Shown here piece by piece: positions 9,942 through 20,730 of a stretch of 64,000 nt of DNA. The position numbers and the translations under genes were made by a program. Origin of the DNA: an uncultured delta proteobacterium (GTDB lineage Bacteria > Myxococcota > Myxococcia > Myxococcales > Myxococcaceae); the NCBI GenBank assembly GCA_963796055.1, contig CAWCKH010000004.1, forward strand, positions 384,001 through 448,000. Reading direction: 5' to 3'. The notes under the pieces are model-generated. The model made no database searches. It saw nothing but the letters and a program-made list of their open reading frames with translations, and was not told the origin of the DNA. Position 1 is the first letter of the stretch, and each line of letters starts with the position of its first letter.

Positions 9942-12900
9942 TCCACCGCCTCCAGGACCGCCACCGGAAAGTCGGTGAACAGCGGCCCCAGGGCCAGTCC
10001 CCCCTCGAGCGGTTGCACCCGCACCCCCGTCACCACGTTCCGGAAACGCCGTCCGGCGAGGTCGGTGGGCAGGCGCATGCGCGTCGAACCGTAGACCGGA
10101 CCGAGGCCGGCACGGAGCGCGCGGGAGACCAGCCGCGGCGCGGCGACCACCACCGCGTCGTCCCGCAGCCGCCGGGCGAAGGCCAGGGCGCGGGTCGCGG
10201 CGATGCCGTCCAGCTCGAGCGGCTCGTAGGCGCCCCGCCGGAACAGCTCGGGCCGCGCCTGGCGGAGCCGGAGCATCAGGGTGGTGAGGAGCAGCTTGCA
10301 GCGCCCATCGGCCGGATGCGCCCAGGCCTCACGCGCAACGCCGACCGGCGCCCCGGCGTGCTGGCGGAGCAGCTCGGAGAGCAGCTCGTCGCGGAGCTGG
10401 AAGTCGACCGGGCGGCGGTTGTCGGGATCCACCAGCGAGAGGTCCCACAGCTCGTCGCCCTGGTAGATGTCCGGCACGCCGGGGCTGGCGAGCTTGAGGG
10501 CGAGCTGCACCAGCGAGTTCACCTGACCCGGCCGCTCGATGCGCTCCTTGAGCAGTCGCGCCTGCTCGAAGAACACCCGGGAGACGGCGGGGTCGAGGAT
10601 CCGGTCCACGAAGCGGGCGGTGGCCTCCTCGTAGTCCGGGTCGGGGTTGGTCCAGCTGGTGTGGACCTTCGCCTCGCGGATGGCCTTGAGCATGTACTCG
10701 CGGATCCGCGTCCGGAACGAGGGGAGCTGGCCGGCGTCCAATTCGCCCATCGGCCAGGTGCCGAGCAGAGTCTGGTAGAGGAGGTACTCGTCGTTGCCCG
10801 AGGGCGCGGTCCTGCCGGCGAGCTCGGTCTTGTGGACTGAGTTCAGCTTCCGCCAGCTCTCGAGCGCGCGGCGCCACTCGCCCGGGATCTCCGAGAGCAT
10901 CACCAGCCGGGCCCGCACGTCCTGGCTGCGCTTGGTGTCGTGGGTGGAGCTGGCGACCAGGGCTCCGGGCCAGTCCCGGGCGCGCTCGAGGTTCCGGTGA
11001 TGGAAGGTCTCTACGCTGGTCCCGAAGTGCTCCGGTTCCCCGCCCACCTCGTTGAGGGCCACCAGGCGGTTGTAGACGTAGAAGACCGTGTCCTCCAGCC
11101 CCTTCGCCATCACCGGCCCGGTGATCTGCTGGAGCTTCATGGCGAAGTGCAGCATGACCTGCCGCTCGGCCTGCGGCAGATGCTCCGGGTACCGCTTGAG
11201 GAGCACGTCCTCGAGCCAGGAGAACAGCGAGGCGTTGGTGGTGGGGTCCGCCACCCGGGCCCGGGCGATGGTCCACTGGATGTAGTGCCCGTCGCGCTCG
11301 TCGACACCGGGAGCCTCCGAGACGTAGGTCCGGTAGACGGGGAAGTGGGCGATGAAGCCGATGAGCGCCCGGCGGATCGAGTTGAGGGTGAAGTCCCGCG
11401 TCCGCCGGTTCATCTCGGAGATTCGATTGAGCTCGCGGGCCAGGCCGTTGATCTCGCTGGCCATGCTCACCGCCATGACCTGCTTCTTCTTCTCCACCAG
11501 CAAGGTCTCGAAGCGCAGCGGGTGGCCGATGAACTTCTCGTAGATCTCGGTGAACTCCCGGGCGGCCGAGGCATCCACCAGCACCCCGGTGGTGAGGTTG
11601 GCGAAGCGGTATCCGGTGGTGCCCTGCACCGCCCAGTCGTCCGGGATGCGCTCCTTGCCGCCCTGGATCTTCTCCACCACCAGGTACAGCGCGCGGCGGA
11701 GCGGCGAGGAGGGATCGCCCCCCGCCTCGGCCCGCCAGCGCCGCAGCAGCGCCTTGCTCACCGCCGGCCAGCTCGCGTCGTCCACCGCATCGCCGGCGAG
11801 CTTGCGAGCCTGGTCGAGGAAGTACCGCTCTTGGAGCCGGAGGAAGTAGCCGCTGGGATCGAACAGCCCGTCGGGATGGTCGATGCGCAGCCCGTGCACC
11901 TGCCCCCGGGCGAGGAACTGGAAGGTGAGCGCGTGCGCCTCCTCGAAGACATCGAGGTCCTCGACCCGGATCGCCGCCAGGGTGTTGATGTCGAAGAAGC
12001 GCCGGTAGTTGATCTCCTCCCCCGCCACCCGCCAGTGCGCGAGCCGGTACGGGACGTAGCGCTCGAGGAGCTGGTGGAGCTCGTCGAAGGTGCGCGGGTC
12101 GTTGGGCGTGCCGTTCAGCCGGGCGAGGCTCGCCCGCAGATGCTCGGCCACCACGGGCGAGCTGCTCACCAGGGTCTTCAGCCGCCGCTTGAGAACCTCC
12201 TTCTCCCGGCTGCGCTCCAGCACCTTCTCCACCGAGGTCTCCCGGCGGGAGGGCAGGTTTCTCACCCCGGTGAGGATGCTCTGCAGCTCCACGAAGTCGG
12301 GATGGGACTCGCCGAGCTGGGCCCCCACCTGCTCCACGCCGACCCCGAGCACGTCCTGATAGGCGCGCGGATTCAGCGGCAAGCGCTGGTCGAAGTAGCG
12401 GAGGGTGAAGCTCCCGCCCTGGTACTCGAGCTGGAGCTCGCCCCGATCGAGCACCACCCCGAACTGGTCTCCGAGGATGGGCAGGAGCACCTTGTTCCGG
12501 AGCTCGGACTTCACCGGGTCCCACTCGATGTCGAAGAAGTGGGCGTGGACCGCCGCCGGCCCGTTCTCCAGCACGTCCTCCCAGAGCGGGTTTCCGGCCG
12601 CGATGCCCATGTGGTTGGGAACGGTGTCCAGCACCAGCTGGAGGCCGTTGGCCTGAAGCGTGTCGGCGAGGGCTGCGAACCCCACCCCTCCGCCGAGCTC
12701 GGGGTTCACCGTGGTGTGGTCCACCACGTCGTAGCCGTGATTGCTCCCCGGCATCGCCTTGAGGATGGGCGAGGTATAGAGGTGGCTCACCCCCAGCCGT
12801 GCCAGGTACGGCACCACGGCGCTCGCCCGGGAGAAGTCGAAGTCCCGGTGCAGCTGGACCCGATAGGTGGAGAGGGGGATCCGCTGCTGCGCGAGCAGCT

Positions 12901-13006
12901 GCGCTTGGGTGCGGCCGTACAGCGCCTCGGCGATGGCAGGCTCGTCCAGCGAGGGGGTCTCGCCGGTCTGGTCGGCCTGCCGGGCCTCGTCGAGGTGCGG
13001 ATCCAT
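9938..13006 (-). CDS. treY: Malto-oligosyltrehalose synthase
   Basis: STYRVQL, HGYDVVDH, VPNHM, INYRRFFDIN, GLRIDHPDGL, VVEKI, THDTKRS, SLVDPDNRRPVD. Confidence 0.96.
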   Translation of the reverse strand: MDPHLDEARQADQTGETPSLDEPAIAEALYGRTQAQLLAQQRIPLSTYRVQLHRDFDFSRASAVVPYLARLGVSHLYTSPILKAMPGSNHGYDVVDHTTVNPELGGGVGFAALADTLQANGLQLVLDTVPNHMGIAAGNPLWEDVLENGPAAVHAHFFDIEWDPVKSELRNKVLLPILGDQFGVVLDRGELQLEYQGGSFTLRYFDQRLPLNPRAYQDVLGVGVEQVGAQLGESHPDFVELQSILTGVRNLPSRRETSVEKVLERSREKEVLKRRLKTLVSSSPVVAEHLRASLARLNGTPNDPRTFDELHQLLERYVPYRLAHWRVAGEEINYRRFFDINTLAAIRVEDLDVFEEAHALTFQFLARGQVHGLRIDHPDGLFDPSGYFLRLQERYFLDQARKLAGDAVDDASWPAVSKALLRRWRAEAGGDPSSPLRRALYLVVEKIQGGKERIPDDWAVQGTTGYRFANLTTGVLVDASAAREFTEIYEKFIGHPLRFETLLVEKKKQVMAVSMASEINGLARELNRISEMNRRTRDFTLNSIRRALIGFIAHFPVYRTYVSEAPGVDERDGHYIQWTIARARVADPTTNASLFSWLEDVLLKRYPEHLPQAERQVMLHFAMKLQQITGPVMAKGLEDTVFYVYNRLVALNEVGGEPEHFGTSVETFHHRNLERARDWPGALVASSTHDTKRSQDVRARLVMLSEIPGEWRRALESWRKLNSVHKTELAGRTAPSGNDEYLLYQTLLGTWPMGELDAGQLPSFRTRIREYMLKAIREAKVHTSWTNPDPDYEEATARFVDRILDPAVSRVFFEQARLLKERIERPGQVNSLVQLALKLASPGVPDIYQGDELWDLSLVDPDNRRPVDFQLRDELLSELLRQHAGAPVGVAREAWAHPADGRCKLLLTTLMLRLRQARPELFRRGAYEPLELDGIAATRALAFARRLRDDAVVVAAPRLVSRALRAGLGPVYGSTRMRLPTDLAGRRFRNVVTGVRVQPLEGGLALGPLFTDFPVAVLEAVE

Positions 13007-13134
13007 GGCGTCTGTGAGCTGCTTACCGAAGGACGGACAGTCTCACGGCCGGCGAATCTGGGGACGCGCATGCCAGCCAACAATCCCCTCGGCCCCGGGT
13101 CGGGAAAGCTCCTCCCCCGGGTGGACCCAGCCTC

Positions 13135-14040
13135 TCACGCCTGCCCCGCGCCGTCCGTGGTGAACGTCACCATCCGGCCGTCCGAGGTGTAAAGCACCGG
13201 CTCGCCGCCGACGCTCGCCAAGGTGCCGCCTGCTCGGATCAGCACGGTGGCTCGCCCGGTGGCGGGGTCGTTGGCGGTGTACTGCCCGGACCCCGGGTCG
13301 CGGCCGGTGAGGCAGACCCAGTGCTGCCGGGGACGGCCCTGGACGTCGTGCACCACCCGGAGCAGGACGGGGCGGCCGGCGTCGAGCTCGCGGTCGACCT
13401 GGCTGCAGTCGAGGTCCCCCGGGCTGGCGCGGGGGCCGCCGGGGATGGCCGACCCGGCGACGCTCCAGTCCACGAGGGGCCCCTGGAAACCGCCGGCATC
13501 GCGGAGGTGCCGCACCAGCGCATCGGGGGTGACGCGCCTGCCGGCGAGCCGGCTGAGGGCCATGGCGCAGGCGGTGACCGCGCAGCCGGCTTGGGCGAGC
13601 GTGGGGCCTTCACCGGAGGCACCGAGCCGCTCGGTTCGCCAGGCGGGATCTCCCTGCCGGAAGAGCGGGGTGCCGCCGGAGGCCCGGGCCAGAGCGCGCT
13701 CCTCGGGGACCTCCCGGTGGAGGAGCCGGAGCAGCGCGTTGGCCAGGCGGGCCTGCTGCTCGGCTGCATTCGTCGGCAGACGCGCCGGGTCCGGGAGCGG
13801 CCGTGGGCCCTGTGCGAGGTTCACGATGCGGTCCTCGGATCCGGGCAGCGTCGTCACCGGGGCGGGCAAGGTGAGCACCTGCCCGACGTCGATCCGGTCC
13901 GGGTTGGCGATGCCGTTGAGTCGGGCGAGGGTGCGCACCAGCTCGGCGGTGGTGCCGGGAACGCCCTGCTGCTGGAGCCCTCGGGCGATGCCGGACAGCG
14001 TGTCCCCGGGCTGGACGGTCGCGACGGTTCGGATGGCCAT
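13135..14040 (-). CDS. LysM-domain protein with C-terminal papain-fold (C39-like) cysteine peptidase domain
   Basis: N-terminal VQPGDTLSGIA...LARLNGIANPDRIDVGQVL.LP (LysM). C-terminal Q.D..W, GCAVTACAMAL, QHWV and NDP give a putative Cys-His-Asp triad. Confidence 0.8.
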   Translation of the reverse strand: MAIRTVATVQPGDTLSGIARGLQQQGVPGTTAELVRTLARLNGIANPDRIDVGQVLTLPAPVTTLPGSEDRIVNLAQGPRPLPDPARLPTNAAEQQARLANALLRLLHREVPEERALARASGGTPLFRQGDPAWRTERLGASGEGPTLAQAGCAVTACAMALSRLAGRRVTPDALVRHLRDAGGFQGPLVDWSVAGSAIPGGPRASPGDLDCSQVDRELDAGRPVLLRVVHDVQGRPRQHWVCLTGRDPGSGQYTANDPATGRATVLIRAGGTLASVGGEPVLYTSDGRMVTFTTDGAGQA

Positions 14041-14079
14041 GGGCGCAACCTCGGAGCAGCGACCCAGCGCCACGGCCGG

Positions 14080-14096
14080 TGCACCCTGCGGGCCAA
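14080..14096 (-). promoter_or_regulatory. Candidate sigma-54 (-24/-12) promoter for the LysM-peptidase gene
   Basis: Minus strand TTGGCCCGCAGGGTGCA has GG-N10-GC spacing about 40 nt upstream of the ATG. It is an imperfect match to TGGCAC-N5-TTGC. Confidence 0.35.
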
Positions 14097-14242
14097 CCCC
14101 GCTCGCCCTGCACAGGCGGCCGCCCTCGTCCAGGGTCGAAGACGGGCGACCGGAACCCTGGACGTACGAAGGGCCCCGCGGCCGCTTCGCACCAGCCGAC
14201 CACGGAGCCCTGGAGTGCGGGGACGCGCCCCGGCGGAAAGCG

Positions 14243-14545
14243 TCAGCTCAGGTGCTTGTTGACCAGCTTGGTCATCTCGAACATCGAGACCTGCTTCTTG
14301 CCACCGAAGATCGGCTTCAGCCTGTCGTCGGCGTTGATCATCCGCCTCTCCTTGGCGTCCTGGAGATTGTTCTTGCGGATGTAGGCCCAGAGCTTCTTCA
14401 CCACCTCGGTGCGGGGAATCGGCTTGTTACCAACGACCTGGGCGAGGTCCTCGGACGGCATCATCTCCTTCATGAAGGCTGCGTTCGGCTTGCGCTTCGC
14501 TCCGGATGACTTCTTTGCCTTCTTCGCGGGCTTCTTGGCGGCCAT
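14243..14545 (-). CDS. Stand-alone SWIB/MDM2-domain protein with Lys/Ala-rich N-terminus
   Basis: NAAFMK...PS..LA.VVG..PIPRTEVVKKLWAYIRKNNLQD...INADDRLK.IFGGKKQVSMFEMTKLVNKHL. Confidence 0.93.
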   Translation of the reverse strand: MAAKKPAKKAKKSSGAKRKPNAAFMKEMMPSEDLAQVVGNKPIPRTEVVKKLWAYIRKNNLQDAKERRMINADDRLKPIFGGKKQVSMFEMTKLVNKHLS

Positions 14546-14714
14546 TCGGTCGAATTCTCCCTCCCCCTCTTGAAGGGGACGTTGTACGGCTCGTCGGTCG
14601 AGTCGATGGCTTCGCGTTCGACGAAGCCAAGGCTGGGCGGATATCAGGTTTCAGAGGAGAAAACACCCGTGGAGCGCCTTTTCCCCTCGGAGAATCGTCG
14701 GAGGCCCCTCTGAC

Positions 14715-15686
14715 ATGCGGGTGCTGATCACCGGTGCAAACGGGTTTCTGGGGAGTGCCCTGAGCCGGCGGCTGGTCGGGGAGGGGCACCGGGTCCGGGC
14801 CCTGGTGCGTCCAGGGAGCGACGCCTCGGCCCTCGACGGGGTGGGTGTGGAGCGGGTCTCGGGAGACGTGACCGACCCGGAGTCCGTCCTGCGCGCGGTC
14901 GAGGGGACGGAGGTGGTCTTCCATCTCGCGGGGCTGCGTCGCGCTCCCGAGCGCTCGGCCTTCTTCCGGGTCAACGCCGAAGGCACGCGGTCGGTGTGTG
15001 ACGCGATGCTCCGGGTGCGGGCACGGCGGATGGTGCTCGCCGGGTCGCTCGCCGCGGTGGGGCCCTCGCGGCCGGACCGGCCCCACGTGGAGACGGACCC
15101 GTTCGCCCCCGAGGAATGGTACGGCGAGAGCAAGGCGGAGGCGGAGCGCATCGCGCTTGGCATGGAGGGGCTCGAGGTGACCGTGGCCCGGCCGCCGCGG
15201 ATCCTGGGACCCGGAGATCGGGAGAACCTGGTGTTCTTCCGGCTGGTGAAGCGCGGCATTCGACTGGAGATCGGGGGTGGGCCGCGACCTCTCTCGGTGG
15301 TGGACGTGGACGACGTGGTGGAGCTGCTCCTTCTTCTCGCGGCCCGGCCGGAGGCGGTGGGCGAGGCGTTCTTCGCCCCGGGCCCCGACCAGACGACGCT
15401 CGAGGAGATCCAGACGCTGGGCGCGGAGGTGCTGGGAGTGAAGCCGCGGACCTTGCGGCTGTCTCCCGGACGGCTCCGTGCGCTGGCAGCGATGGCGGAC
15501 GGGTTCAGCCGGTTGACCGGGAAGCACCTGCCCCTGAACCGGAAGCTGGCGCGGCAGCTGCTGGCGCCGGCATGGACCTGCAGCGGGGAGAAGGCCAGGG
15601 CGCGGCTGGGATGGGTGCCGCGGATCGAGGCCCGCACCTCGATTGCGCGGAGCGCCGCGTGGTATCAGGCCCACGGCTGGCTATGA
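14715..15686 (+). CDS. NAD-dependent epimerase/dehydratase (extended SDR; 3-beta-HSD-like)
   Basis: [19 protein letters not shown] (YxxxK), [10 protein letters not shown]. Confidence 0.9.
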   Translation: MRVLITGANGFLGSALSRRLVGEGHRVRALVRPGSDASALDGVGVERVSGDVTDPESVLRAVEGTEVVFHLAGLRRAPERSAFFRVNAEGTRSVCDAMLRVRARRMVLAGSLAAVGPSRPDRPHVETDPFAPEEWYGESKAEAERIALGMEGLEVTVARPPRILGPGDRENLVFFRLVKRGIRLEIGGGPRPLSVVDVDDVVELLLLLAARPEAVGEAFFAPGPDQTTLEEIQTLGAEVLGVKPRTLRLSPGRLRALAAMADGFSRLTGKHLPLNRKLARQLLAPAWTCSGEKARARLGWVPRIEARTSIARSAAWYQAHGWL

Positions 15687-16348
15687 GCGCCAAGGCGGCT
15701 TTCTACGACGTCGACGGAACGCTGGTGAGGACGAACATCGTCCACACCTACGCGTACTACGCGATGAACCGCGGCTCGCTGACCGGCATCGCGGCGCGGA
15801 CCCTGGCGACGGTTGCGCAGATTCCGGTCTATGCCGGCCTGGACCTGATCAACCGGAAGGTCTTCAACGAGTACTTCTACCGGGCCTACGAGGGGCTGTC
15901 GGAGGACCGGCTGGTGGTGCTCGGGGAAGAGCTGCTGGACGACGTGCTGAAGCCGGCGATCTTCCCCAAGGCGCAGGACCTGATCGACGAGGCGCGGCGG
16001 GCCGGCTGCCGGATCGTGCTGATCACCGGCGCCCTGGACTTCACGGTGCTCCCGCTGGCCAGGCACCTGCGCGCCGACGACGTGATCGCCAACAAGATGC
16101 AGTTCGTGGGAGGCGTCGCGACGGGCAAGGTGATTCCCCCCATCATCGAGGGGGCGAACAAGGCCAACGCCATCCGCGAGTACTGCGTGAAGCACGGTCT
16201 GCAACTCGACCAGAGCTTCGCCTATTCGGACAGCTTCAGCGACTACGCGATGCTGGCGATGGTAGGGCGGCCCACGGCGGTGAACCCGGACGTGCGGCTC
16301 CGCTCGGTGGCGCGGGCGTACCACTGGCCAGTGCTGGATCTGAGATAG
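15683..16348 (+). CDS. HAD-IB family hydrolase/phosphatase
   Basis: FYDVDGT (motif I), ITGA, K, YSDSFSD, AVNPD. ATG overlaps the upstream TGA. Confidence 0.92.
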   Translation: MSAKAAFYDVDGTLVRTNIVHTYAYYAMNRGSLTGIAARTLATVAQIPVYAGLDLINRKVFNEYFYRAYEGLSEDRLVVLGEELLDDVLKPAIFPKAQDLIDEARRAGCRIVLITGALDFTVLPLARHLRADDVIANKMQFVGGVATGKVIPPIIEGANKANAIREYCVKHGLQLDQSFAYSDSFSDYAMLAMVGRPTAVNPDVRLRSVARAYHWPVLDLR

Positions 16349-16446
16349 CCGGCGCTGCTGAGGGTCGTGGGGGGACGGCCCGGAGGGTGGGGCTTGACAG
16401 AATCCCCCGGGCTTCCGCGTGGTATGGCCCCCGCGAGGTTCTTTCG

Positions 16447-18060
16447 ATGCGCCAGCTGAAGACACTGAAGCGGCTCTACGACGAGGAGCGCCACGTCGTG
16501 GTGACGGAGAAGGGCAGCCCGCCCCGGGTGCTCTTCTTCGGCGAGGACTTCCTGCTCGAGGACCTGCCGCTGGACACGCGGGTGGTGTTCCCGCGCCAGC
16601 CGCTGCAGGGCGTGCCGAACGTGAAGGCGGCGATCCGCTGGGCGCTGAACCACCCCGAGGGAATGGACCCGCTGCACGCGCTGCTCCGGCCGGGGATGAA
16701 GGTGACGGTGGCGATCGACGACATCTCGCTGCCCTTGCCGCCGATGGCGCTGCCCGACGTGCGGCAGACCATCCTGGAAATCGTGCTCGAGCTGCTGACC
16801 GACTCGGGCGTGGACGACGTGCATCTGATCATCGCCAACGCGCTCCACCGCCGGATGACCGAGGCGGAGATGAAGCGGATGGTGGGCTCGAAGATCTTCG
16901 CCGCCTACTACCCGGAGCGCTACTACAACCACGACGCCGAGGACCCGGAGGGGATGGTGGAGCTGGAGCGGACCTCTGCCGGCGAGGTGGTGGCGATCAA
17001 CCGGCGGGCCGCGGAGAGCGACCTCCTCATCTACCTGAACATCAACCTGGTGCCGATGGACGGCGGGCACAAGTCGGTGGGCACGGGGCTGGCGAACTAC
17101 GAGTCGCTGCGGGCGCACCACAACCCGAAGACCATCCGCGAGTCCGAGAGCTACATGGAGCCGAGTCGCAGCGCGCTCCACAGGAGCACCGAGCGCATCG
17201 GCCGGGTGATCGACAAGGCGCTCAAGGTCTTCCACATCGAGACCGCGCTGAACAACCGGATGTTCGACGGTCCGACCGCGTTCCTGGGAAAGCGGGAGGA
17301 GGACTACACCGAGTTCGACCGGCTGAAGTTCCAGGGGCTGAAGTACACGCTGTCCAAGTTGCCCCGGGCAGCGAAGCGGAAGCTGTTCATGAACATCCCG
17401 GCGCCGTACGAGGTGATCGGGGTGAACGCGGGCGCGACCGAGCCCTGTCACGAGAAGACGCTGGAGCTCTGCTGGAAGCAGTACTCCATTCCCGTGGACG
17501 GACAGAGCGACGTGGTCATCTTCCCGGTGCCGTACATCTCGCCGTACAACGTGAACTCGATCCTGAACCCGCTGCTGGTCCAGGTGATGGGGCTCGGGTA
17601 CCTGTACAACCTGAACCGGGGGGTGCCGCTGGTGAAGAAGGGCGGAGTGATCATCCTCTGCCACCCGGCGTACGACGAGTTCGATCCCGAGCACCACCCG
17701 AGCTACATCGAGTTCTTCAACCGCTTACTCCCGGAGACCCGGGACGCGATGAAGCTCGAGCACATGTACGAGCGCGAGTTCGCGGAGAACCCGAGCTACG
17801 TGCACCTGTACCGGAAGGGGCACGCCTACCACGGCGCCCACCCCTTCTACATGTGGTACTGGGGCGAGAACGGCCGCCAGCACGTGGGCAAGGTGATCTG
17901 CGCCGGTGCGGAGAACAACCACGTCCCCGAGCTCCTCGGCTGGGAGCGGGCCGACACCCTGGGCGAGGCGATCGACCTGGCCCGCGGCTTCATGGGCCGA
18001 AGCGCCAGCATCACCTGCGTGAAGACCGCGCCGATCGTGCAGTGCGACGTGCGGATCTGA
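16447..18060 (+). CDS. Lactate racemase (LarA/DUF2088)-domain protein
   Basis: [42 protein letters not shown]. Confidence 0.8.
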   Translation: MRQLKTLKRLYDEERHVVVTEKGSPPRVLFFGEDFLLEDLPLDTRVVFPRQPLQGVPNVKAAIRWALNHPEGMDPLHALLRPGMKVTVAIDDISLPLPPMALPDVRQTILEIVLELLTDSGVDDVHLIIANALHRRMTEAEMKRMVGSKIFAAYYPERYYNHDAEDPEGMVELERTSAGEVVAINRRAAESDLLIYLNINLVPMDGGHKSVGTGLANYESLRAHHNPKTIRESESYMEPSRSALHRSTERIGRVIDKALKVFHIETALNNRMFDGPTAFLGKREEDYTEFDRLKFQGLKYTLSKLPRAAKRKLFMNIPAPYEVIGVNAGATEPCHEKTLELCWKQYSIPVDGQSDVVIFPVPYISPYNVNSILNPLLVQVMGLGYLYNLNRGVPLVKKGGVIILCHPAYDEFDPEHHPSYIEFFNRLLPETRDAMKLEHMYEREFAENPSYVHLYRKGHAYHGAHPFYMWYWGENGRQHVGKVICAGAENNHVPELLGWERADTLGEAIDLARGFMGRSASITCVKTAPIVQCDVRI

Positions 18061-18071
18061 GCCGAAGCGCT

Positions 18072-19445
18072 TCAGCCCCTCAACCCGTGTCGCCTGATGA
18101 TGCGGTGCAGGTGGGCTCGGTCGACCTGGGCCGTCGCCGCCGCCTGCGAGACGTTTCCCCCGTGCCGGTCCAGGAGGGCACGGAGGTAACGCTGCTCGAA
18201 GCTGTCGAGCATCCGCCGGCGGGCCTCGGTGAAGGGGATGCTCACGTCGACCGCATCGGCGGGCACGGGCGAAGTCTCCTCGGGCGAGGGGTTCAGGACC
18301 TGCCGTAGGGCCGCGCATCGCTCCAGATGGTTCCGGAGCTCCCGGACGTTCCCCGGCCAGGGTGGAAGGCGAAGCCGGGCGAGGAACGCTGGGTCGAGCA
18401 GTGCTGGCCGGGTCTCGTCGTCGATGGACAGCTTCTGCAGCAATTGCCGAGCGATGAGCGGGATGTCCTCCGGCCGCTCGCGCAGCGCCGGGAGATGGAC
18501 ACGCAGCACGGCCAGCCGGAAGTACAGGTCGGCCCGGAACCTGCCCGCATTCACCTCGGCCCTGAGGTCGCGGTTGGTGGCGGCGATGAGCCGGACGTCC
18601 ACTGGCAAGTACCGGTTGGAGCCGACCCGCCGGATCTCTCGCGCCTCCAGGACGCGCAGCAGCTTGGGCTGCAGGTCCGCCGGGAGTTCGCCAATCTCGT
18701 CGAGGAAGACCGAGCCGCCGTCCGCCTCCTCGAAGACCCCAACACGTTTCCCGATGGCGCCGGTGAACGCCCCGCGCTCATGCCCGAACAGCTCGGAGTG
18801 GAGGAGGTTCGAGGGAACCGCCGCGCAATCGACGATCCGCAGCGGCCTGCGGGCCCTGGCACTCCGGGTGTGGATCAGCTCCGCGGCCTCGCTCTTCCCG
18901 GTGCCTGACTCACCGGTGAGAAGAACGGTCGCGCCGCTCGCCGCGGCCCTCTCCAGCAGCGCGAACGCCGCCCGGAGCGGAACCGACGAGCCGAGCAGGG
19001 TCCCGAAGCTGCTGGTCGATGCCACCTCCAGCACGTTGCGCTCGGCCAGAGGGGTGAAGGCCAGATCCAGGTGACCGACCTGGAGCACCATTCCATCGGC
19101 GAGCTCGGCCTCGCGCACCCGGATCCCGTTCACCCGCGTGCCGTTCCGGCTCCCGAGGTCCTTCACCCAGGCGCGCCCCTCGCGATCCACGAACACTTCA
19201 CAGTGGAAGCGAGAGACGGTGCGATCCTGGACCTCGATCTGGTTCGAAGGGTGCGAGCCGATCTGCACGCGGTCCGAGGAGCTGTCGAAGGACTTCCCGG
19301 CGAGTTCGCCATTGAGTCCCCGGAGGCGGAACCTCTGAACGGCCGGGGCCACCGTCCCGGTGGCCACCATCGACACCGTCTTGGGCGTCGACTCTTCCGA
19401 ATGGTCCGCGGTCGTCACCACGTCGCGAACGGTCCTTGCAGTCAC
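18072..19445 (-). CDS. FHA-domain sigma-54-dependent transcriptional activator
   Basis: FHA (IGS...VSRFHC...DLGSRNGT), AAA+ ([36 protein letters not shown]) and a C-terminal Fis-type HTH. Confidence 0.93.
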   Translation of the reverse strand: MTARTVRDVVTTADHSEESTPKTVSMVATGTVAPAVQRFRLRGLNGELAGKSFDSSSDRVQIGSHPSNQIEVQDRTVSRFHCEVFVDREGRAWVKDLGSRNGTRVNGIRVREAELADGMVLQVGHLDLAFTPLAERNVLEVASTSSFGTLLGSSVPLRAAFALLERAAASGATVLLTGESGTGKSEAAELIHTRSARARRPLRIVDCAAVPSNLLHSELFGHERGAFTGAIGKRVGVFEEADGGSVFLDEIGELPADLQPKLLRVLEAREIRRVGSNRYLPVDVRLIAATNRDLRAEVNAGRFRADLYFRLAVLRVHLPALRERPEDIPLIARQLLQKLSIDDETRPALLDPAFLARLRLPPWPGNVRELRNHLERCAALRQVLNPSPEETSPVPADAVDVSIPFTEARRRMLDSFEQRYLRALLDRHGGNVSQAAATAQVDRAHLHRIIRRHGLRG

Positions 19446-19476
19446 TGCGTTTGCCGCCGCGGCATACCACAGCGAC

Positions 19477-20151
19477 TCAGAACAGCCAGCCCACCGAGAC
19501 CAGCCCCACCAGGGGGATGCCGTTCTTCAGATATCGGTCCGCGGTCTCCTTGACGCTCTGTGTGGTGCCGCTCGGGTCAGGCGTGGCCTCCGAGCTGTAC
19601 CCCAGGGGGAAGGCCCAGGCGACGTCCACTCCAAAGAAGAACCCGCTCGGCTGGATCCACCGCGCGCCGATCTGTGGGCCGACGAAGTTGCTGCTCGCCC
19701 GGACAGCGCCCGAGCCCTGGGCAACGGTGGCGGTGGCCTCGACGCCATAGTGCCCGTAGACCGCGCCGACGAAGAAGGTGTCACCCCACGGATAGATCCG
19801 CCCGGCCACGTTCCACATGCTGTAACTGACGTCGACACCCGAGATGCCGATCTTCGGGAAGAGGCCGTAGTCGAAGGAAGCGCCGAAGTACCGGAGGACC
19901 TTCACCTCCGCCCCCAGCGTCGGAGTCGGCACGGCGACCGAGAGCCGGGGCCCGATGAGCACGCCAGGGATGAACCCGGAGACCTTCGGGCCCGGGCCGC
20001 GGCTCCCCTCCTCCAGCCGCTCCGCGGTGCCCGTGATGCTCGGTGAAGCAGCGCTGGAGCCGGAGCGCGTTTCCTCGGCGCGAACGAGCGGAGACGCGAC
20101 GAGGAGGGCCGCGGCGATCACGCCCACCTTCTCCCTTGTGGACGTGAACAT
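19477..20151 (-). CDS. Exported protein, probable small outer-membrane beta-barrel
   Basis: Signal peptide ([15 protein letters not shown]), alternating beta-strand pattern, C-terminal VGWLF. Start could be 20175. Confidence 0.65.
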   Translation of the reverse strand: MFTSTREKVGVIAAALLVASPLVRAEETRSGSSAASPSITGTAERLEEGSRGPGPKVSGFIPGVLIGPRLSVAVPTPTLGAEVKVLRYFGASFDYGLFPKIGISGVDVSYSMWNVAGRIYPWGDTFFVGAVYGHYGVEATATVAQGSGAVRASSNFVGPQIGARWIQPSGFFFGVDVAWAFPLGYSSEATPDPSGTTQSVKETADRYLKNGIPLVGLVSVGWLF

Positions 20152-20436
20152 GGGGCACGGAAGCATGCGGCTCATCTGAGAAGTTCCTCCTGGGGGTTCG
20201 GGGAGGGACTTCTGCAGTGGCGAGGCCGGGCGGAATGCTCTCCAAGGCCGCGGAACCGCAGACCTGGGCCGCGTCCACCTGTGGCACGAACGTCACAGGG
20301 GTTGTGCGCGACGCACCGGGGGCGAGGTAGGCAGGGGGGCCACCTGCGACGCTGTGTTGCTGACGGCCGACTGAGGCGCGGGAGCGTGGAGATTCCTGGC
20401 GAGGACGCCCCGGTTTCGGGAGGGGGCTCCCGCGGC

Positions 20437-20730
20437 TCAGCCCTGGTCGTCCCACTCGAAGACGTACTCCCCCTCCGAAGTGTAGATGGCCAGCATGGCG
20501 AGGGGCTTGGCGGACGAGCCCTGGTCGACCTCGCCCGCGAAGACGATCCCGGCCTCCCACGGGTTCTGCGGCATGGAGTGCTCCTCGAGAAAAGCTCGGG
20601 CCTGATCCTCGACCCAGCGCCGGGCCTCGAGGAGCGCCGCGGCCGAATCGGCGTTGGCGGGGAACGTCGTCACGCGCGGGGGGACGGTCCGGAGCTGGGC
20701 GCCATAGGACTGGATGGGACTGGTGCGCAT
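20437..20730 (-). CDS. Hypothetical protein (97 aa)
   Basis: ATG with upstream AGGAG; protein-like composition; no family recognised. Confidence 0.55.
   Translation of the reverse strand: MRTSPIQSYGAQLRTVPPRVTTFPANADSAAALLEARRWVEDQARAFLEEHSMPQNPWEAGIVFAGEVDQGSSAKPLAMLAIYTSEGEYVFEWDDQG

Noticed and set aside
16394..16428. Sigma-70 promoter (TTGACA) before the LarA-like gene
   Set aside because: The nearest -10-like hexamer (TATGGC) is 23 nt away, so the spacing is non-canonical.
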